DNA from: an uncultured Bacilli bacterium
GTDB lineage: Bacteria; Bacillota_I; Bacilli_A; RF39; UBA660
Length of the DNA: 57,573 nt
NCBI GenBank assembly: GCA_944331955.1
Contig: CALVIY010000005.1
Coordinates: 1-57,573 of the forward strand
Direction: 5' to 3'
Positions 52,946 to 57,573 of the stretch are shown here, in pieces; position 1 is the stretch's first letter; each line of letters opens with the position of its first letter. The position numbers and the translations under genes are program-made. Under the pieces are notes generated by a model. It did no database searches. It was not told the DNA's origin and saw only the letters and a list, made by a program, of their open reading frames with translations.

Positions 52946-52972
52946 AAATTTTACTTGCATATCATTTAGTAC

Positions 52973-53503
52973 TTATGATATATTAATAACAGAAGAGGTG
53001 GATATCATACTTCGGTTTAATGCTGGAGCATCCACTTCTTTTAATTTTGTATTATATATAAAATAATTATTATCTTTTTCAAGCACATCAATATTAACAG
53101 AATAAAAACAATTATTACATTTAATAATTTTGTTAAAATAATGCCATCTATTATTTTTATGATGTCTTTTTTGATGTTCTTTGCTCTCAGCTTTTGAATA
53201 ATTATAAGACGTATTCGATATCATATCAATATAATTACCACTAAAGGCAATATTTTGTCTAGCATTATATGACTTTTTTGTTTCATATTTTCCTGAATGC
53301 TGATATGCCCTAAAATTCCTTCTAGTTTTTTGGTTAATCAAAGCCTTTATCTCTTCCCCATTCAGAAGATAAGATATTTCCTTGCCCTGATACTCTTGTT
53401 TAAAGAGTTCATTTATATACTCTTCCCTTTCTTTCCTAGTATATTTGTCTAAATTTTCATCAAGCTCATATACTTCTATCGAGCCAACTTTTTTCATGCT
53501 CAT
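52973..53503 (-). CDS. basic hypothetical protein, putative LPD3/BECR-fold RNase
   Basis: GAGGAGG RBS; C-terminal WHYF...I.....Y.V.IDV......Y...LKE beta-meander pattern recalls LPD3/BECR domains (by eye). Confidence 0.55.
   Translation of the reverse strand: MSMKKVGSIEVYELDENLDKYTRKEREEYINELFKQEYQGKEISYLLNGEEIKALINQKTRRNFRAYQHSGKYETKKSYNARQNIAFSGNYIDMISNTSYNYSKAESKEHQKRHHKNNRWHYFNKIIKCNNCFYSVNIDVLEKDNNYFIYNTKLKEVDAPALNRSMISTSSVINIS
52991..53048 (+). ncRNA. small hairpin RNA cassette 3, antisense to the 3' end of 52973-53503
   Basis: Promoter TTGCAT-18-TATATT (52955-52984), 6 nt, 52/58 identical to cassette 1. Confidence 0.65.
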
Positions 53504-53672
53504 AAATATTCCTCCTCATATATATAATTAAGGAAAAACATTTTTTGCTCTAAAAATTAAAAAGATACCTATATTAAAAGTATCTTTAAAGTTTTTATTA
53601 ATTGGCTGTTTAATTATTTATGATTATCAAATTTGTTTTGACAGGCTATAATTAAAATGGTATATTAATATC

Positions 53673-53716
53673 GAGTAGTGCTAGGGAAACTTTAGAAGCC
53701 CCTGGTCATTTTATTT
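53673..53716 (+). ncRNA. possible fourth promoter+hairpin small RNA
   Basis: TTGACA-17-TATATT (53638-53666), 6 nt, then AGTG-CTAGGG...CCCTGG-T-CATT stem and T-rich tail. Confidence 0.4.
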
Positions 53717-53720
53717 ATAA

Positions 53721-54122
53721 TTAAAATTTATATTTTTCCAACTCATTACCATCCTCATCATAAAGTGTAGCTTCAACATCACTCATATATAAAACTTGCA
53801 TATCAGGATTATCTAAACTATAACCTGCATCTTCTAAATCATCAAACTCTTCTAAAAATTTAGATTTAACATTTATATTGCTGCTATCATCTATTAATAT
53901 ACAGTTTATTCTAAGCCAATTATCTCCATCGTAAGCAACGATACAAGCATTGTTGTTTTTTTCTATTTGTTTAGAAACTTTTTTATGTTTACTAGTCAAA
54001 ATATAAATCTTATCATCATATATAATTGGTACTCCAAAGGGTCTACAACTAGGTTTGTCTCCATCAATAGTACTTACATAATTAACTTCTGTTTTTACTA
54101 AAAAGGCATAGGTTTCTTTCAC
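53721..54122 (-). CDS. pyridoxamine 5'-phosphate oxidase-like FMN-binding protein
   Basis: ST.DGDKP..RPF, T...K.V.KQI..N, WLRI. Confidence 0.8.
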   Translation of the reverse strand: MKETYAFLVKTEVNYVSTIDGDKPSCRPFGVPIIYDDKIYILTSKHKKVSKQIEKNNNACIVAYDGDNWLRINCILIDDSSNINVKSKFLEEFDDLEDAGYSLDNPDMQVLYMSDVEATLYDEDGNELEKYKF

Positions 54123-54541
54123 TTATTATCACTCTCCAATTTCTTTTGAAAACCTTTCTCTTCTTGTTTTTCTTTTTTATTGATATCATTAAATAATAAT
54201 AGCATTCCTAATCTAGGAAATTTTGTTCCTTTAAATTCCTCATGAACTTCAGTTAAAGGCATAATGTCTATAACATATGGTAAATTAAAATATTCAGTGT
54301 CTATACCTGCTTTAAACCCTGTAAAAATTTCTTTATACTTCTCCCCTTCTTTTTCAAAAAGATATTTTATTTCAGTTTCTTTATTCATAGGTCCAGAAAA
54401 ATCTACATTATCACTTGAAACCCATTTTAATCTTGCTAAATATAACTCATCAGCATTATAACTTTCTTTCATAGTATATTTTTCTTGTGAATCGTTGTTA
54501 TCTCTAGCATCAACAACATTCTTTTTCTTTTTGCCAAACAT
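54119..54541 (-). CDS. hypothetical protein
   Basis: 140-aa ORF with AGGAGG RBS. Confidence 0.65.
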   Translation of the reverse strand: MFGKKKKNVVDARDNNDSQEKYTMKESYNADELYLARLKWVSSDNVDFSGPMNKETEIKYLFEKEGEKYKEIFTGFKAGIDTEYFNLPYVIDIMPLTEVHEEFKGTKFPRLGMLLLFNDINKKEKQEEKGFQKKLESDNK

Positions 54542-54608
54542 AAATTAATTCCTCCTGTTTTATATTAAATTTATTCTAGCACATCTATTAATTTTTAGAA
54601 AGATTATT

Positions 54609-55088
54609 TTAACTACAAGCATCTATTCCTAATATCTCTACATTATAAGTATTATCCCCAACTTTATAACTAACTTTATCTCCTACTTTTTTACCATAAA
54701 TTGCAGAACCTAAAGGACTATTAATAGTAATGCTATTATCTTCTATATTACTATTAATATCACCAGTTATTATATATTCTTCAACCGAATCATCTTCTAT
54801 AAATAATAACTCTACTTTCATATTAAGACTAACTGTGCCATTAGATTCTTTATCTATAATAACTATATCTTTTAACATACTTTTCTTTTTATTGTATTTT
54901 TGAAACAACTCGGCTTCTTTATGCATAGTCTCTTCATAAGCAAAGTTATCGTGCCAACCATCTCCATAAGCATCATCACTTGCATAAAGGCTCATAAGTT
55001 TAGCATTAGCATCTATTTCTTTTTTTATATTTTCAAGACTCTTTAAATAATTCTCATAACCTGCTTTATCTAAATATATTTTACTCAT
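54609..55088 (-). CDS. GreA/GreB-family factor (start ATG 55088, coupled to the upstream stop)
   Basis: GDGWHDNFAYE coiled-coil tip; C-terminal I...SPLG.AI.GK.VGD. Confidence 0.85.
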   Translation of the reverse strand: MSKIYLDKAGYENYLKSLENIKKEIDANAKLMSLYASDDAYGDGWHDNFAYEETMHKEAELFQKYNKKKSMLKDIVIIDKESNGTVSLNMKVELLFIEDDSVEEYIITGDINSNIEDNSITINSPLGSAIYGKKVGDKVSYKVGDNTYNVEILGIDACS

Positions 55089-57081
55089 AAATAATAAGCT
55101 CCTCTCTTGCCCTCGTACAAGCGACATAATATAGATATTTATTTTTCTTAAAGGACTCATCACTATCTACTATGATAACACTATCAAACTCTAAACCTTT
55201 AGCAATATAACTTGGAACTACTACTAAATCTTTAATAAATGATTTAGATTCTTCTGTTAGTAAACTAATATTTAAATCATCTTTTAATAAATCAAAAATG
55301 GCTTCTGCTTCCCTATCTTCTTTAGTAATAATAGCAAGGGACTTATATGTATTAGTAAGTGTTTTTATATCATCAAGTAGTGATAACTTAATATCTTTAG
55401 GGTTTCTAATAAGAACATCTTTATTATTACTTTTCTTAATTGCATTAACATAATCTAAATTCAATATCTTATTAGTATATTCTATTATCTCTTTCGTAGA
55501 TCTATAAGTCTTTAATAACTCTAAATAATTACTATCATTAAATATCTCTTTTAACTCTTCAAGAGTTTCATATTTATAATAGGGGTTAATATTTTGATTA
55601 ACATCACCTAATATTGTAAAGTCAGCTTTCTTAAACATCTCTTTAATAATCACATATTGTAAATAATTATAATCTTGCGCTTCATCTATAACTACTTGTT
55701 TAATGTAATTATTATAAGGAAAGCCAAAGAGTTTACCTTTTAAGTAAGATACTAGTAGGGCATCATCATAACCTATTACTTTAGTATTTTTTATTTCTAA
55801 TTTATATTTAGCATAACTACTTTTAAAGAAATCTTTATAAATATCTTTAATATTTAAAGACATATTAATATTATCTTTAATTAACTTCCTAATAGGAGCC
55901 TTTCTTTTACCGGGAGAGCCATAATACTTTAATGATAAATACTTAGATGCTTCATCAATTCTCTCAACTAAAGGAAATCTACTATATTTATCTTTAATTA
56001 AGTAATTTAACTCATCTTTACTAACTTCATTTATCTTATCAAGTTCTATATCACTAGTAACTTTAAACTTCTTTAAAAACTCATTAATATAATTATCTAA
56101 ATCTCTTATAATCTCTTTGCTCTGTTTATATTTAATAATATCTACATCATATTTTTCCCCTTTATAATATTTACTAATAAAGTGCGGAAAGCTTTCGATA
56201 TTTTTATATTCTTTTAAGAAATAACTTAAGTAATCACTAAAGGTTGTCTCAAGTGTATTCGCTTCTCCTAATTCCGGTAAGACATTTGAAATATATTCTG
56301 AAAATATCTTATTAGGTGAAAATATTAAAACATTATTAGAACTTAAGTTTTTAATACGATATAAAAGGAAGGCAATACGATGTAAGGCAACTGATGTTTT
56401 ACCACTTCCTGCGATACCTTGTACTATTAGATTATGATCATCTAAATTACGGATTATCTTATTCTGTTCAGCTTGTATCGTATTAACAATATTTTTCATT
56501 CTTTCATTGTCAGTAGTAGCGATTACTTTTTGTAATAGTTCATCATCTATATTTAGAGAATTATCAAAAACACTAACAAGTTCTCTCTTATCTATTATAT
56601 ATTGTCTTTTAGATAAAAGACTTCCTTCATGAATATAATCATCTACTTTATATTTACAAGGCCCTGCTTCATAATCATAAAATAAACTACAAATAGGACT
56701 ACGCCAATCATATAAAATATTATCATAGTTTTCATCTTTTAAATAAGTCAAAGCCATATAAATATCATAAGTATTTCCTTCATTATCTTTATAAAGGAAA
56801 GATGCAAAATAAGGTTTATCTTTAATATTAATTAAAGACTTATAATATTTTCTTTTACTAAGTACTCTTAAAGCTTCTAGACTATCACTAGTCATTACTT
56901 GATTAAATTCAGCTTTATCAAAAGATGATCTATCTTCATAATTAAGTTTTCTAAAATTAATAAGTTCTTCTTCTTTTAGAAATAAGTCACTACTAGACTC
57001 TTCTATCTCTTTATCAAGACTCTCTAAAACATCATGTAATTTCTTCTTTTCTTTTAATATTTCTTCTTTACTAATAGACAT
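55081..57081 (-). CDS. HelD-like SF1 helicase (second copy)
   Basis: PYFA, DWRSP, QGIAGSGKT..ALHRIAFL, DEAQD, KGLEFD, YVACTRA. Confidence 0.88.
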   Translation of the reverse strand: MSISKEEILKEKKKLHDVLESLDKEIEESSSDLFLKEEELINFRKLNYEDRSSFDKAEFNQVMTSDSLEALRVLSKRKYYKSLINIKDKPYFASFLYKDNEGNTYDIYMALTYLKDENYDNILYDWRSPICSLFYDYEAGPCKYKVDDYIHEGSLLSKRQYIIDKRELVSVFDNSLNIDDELLQKVIATTDNERMKNIVNTIQAEQNKIIRNLDDHNLIVQGIAGSGKTSVALHRIAFLLYRIKNLSSNNVLIFSPNKIFSEYISNVLPELGEANTLETTFSDYLSYFLKEYKNIESFPHFISKYYKGEKYDVDIIKYKQSKEIIRDLDNYINEFLKKFKVTSDIELDKINEVSKDELNYLIKDKYSRFPLVERIDEASKYLSLKYYGSPGKRKAPIRKLIKDNINMSLNIKDIYKDFFKSSYAKYKLEIKNTKVIGYDDALLVSYLKGKLFGFPYNNYIKQVVIDEAQDYNYLQYVIIKEMFKKADFTILGDVNQNINPYYKYETLEELKEIFNDSNYLELLKTYRSTKEIIEYTNKILNLDYVNAIKKSNNKDVLIRNPKDIKLSLLDDIKTLTNTYKSLAIITKEDREAEAIFDLLKDDLNISLLTEESKSFIKDLVVVPSYIAKGLEFDSVIIVDSDESFKKNKYLYYVACTRAREELIIYE

Positions 57082-57240
57082 GTTATCCCTCCTTTAATTA
57101 TTAGTAAAGTTCTTTGAAAACGAAGAAAACCCACATAAATTAATATGCAGTTAAATTAAAAATTAAAGTTTTAAGCATAAACGTCAATAAGAATATAACA
57201 GATAAATATTCTTTTGTAAATATTTTTTAGTAGAACAAAT

Positions 57241-57352
57241 AAAACAAACAAGTTTGTTTTTACCTTGTCGTTACCTCCAAGGATTCCTACTTCATAGATA
57301 AGGTATTTCTTATTCTCCATAGGCTTAAATTCCGATAGTCGCTACCGTACTA
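57241..57352 (-). ncRNA. TnpB omegaRNA/right-end RNA-like element
   Basis: GTACGGTAGCGACTATCGGAATTTAAGCCTATGGAG...CTATGAAGTAGGAA layout typical of IS200/IS605/IS607 right ends; nested hairpins; follows tnpB. Confidence 0.6.
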
Positions 57353-57393
57353 ATTTATTTTTATATTAAATTGTTATTTATCTAAAACATTAT

Positions 57394-57573
57394 CTATACT
57401 AAACTAACTAAATTATAGTGTAACTTTAATCCTTCAAATAATATGTTTAAACTAGCATTTATATCTCTATCATTATGCACTCCACATTCTTTACAGTCAT
57501 ACTCTCTTATACTTAAATCTTTCAACTTACTATTCTTATATCCACAGTGACTACATATCTGACTACTTGGATA
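57394..57573 (-). mobile_element. tnpB: 3' end of TnpB RNA-guided nuclease gene (5' part outside window)
   Basis: Manual translation YPSSQICSHCGYKNSKLKDLSIREYDCKECGVHNDRDINASLNILFEGLKLHYNLVSLV*; zinc ribbon and RuvC-III DRD.NA. Confidence 0.9.

Noticed and set aside
52785-53048. CRISPR array interpretation of the three repeats
   Set aside because: Units are ~58 nt and divergent, the intervening DNA is promoter sequence, and no cas genes are present.
55089-55163. N-terminal extension of the Gre ORF in the track
   Set aside because: Overlaps the helicase 3' end; ATG 55088 coupled to the stop codon is more plausible.
1-57573. Mycoplasma-type genetic code (TGA=Trp)
   Set aside because: Long genes are intact under code 11 and several end in TGA.

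Overview
Very AT-rich chromosomal segment of a genome-reduced Bacillota (Bacilli/RF39-like by gene content and style; standard genetic code). Most genes are on the minus strand. Housekeeping blocks: rpmF-yceD, secDF-rel-dtd, trxA/cvpA/rnhC, T-box-asnS, hrcA-grpE-dnaK-pepF-dnaJ, tRNA-Arg(UCU), nnrD, proX-proS. Accessory material: a surface protein with two DGR-type variable regions, a Fic protein, a hybrid kinase/Hpt-RR pair, a nucleotide-modification gene island, a BceRS/BceAB-like module, two HelD-like helicases, a GreA-like factor, and the 3' end of a TnpB gene with its omegaRNA-like tail. Signals the ORF track misses: (1) a tandem array of three promoter+hairpin small-RNA cassettes (52750-53048), the last lying antisense over the 3' end of a putative BECR/LPD3-like RNase gene, resembling one cognate plus two orphan RNA antitoxins; (2) a poly-G leader peptide whose stop codon falls inside an intrinsic terminator only when the tract is G8/G11, upstream of the DGR-target-like surface gene; (3) L32 with an L27-like, putatively Prp-cleavable N-terminal extension; (4) an unannotated type I toxin-antitoxin-like locus between asnS and dnaJ. 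All functional assignments come from motif recognition by eye; no searches were run.
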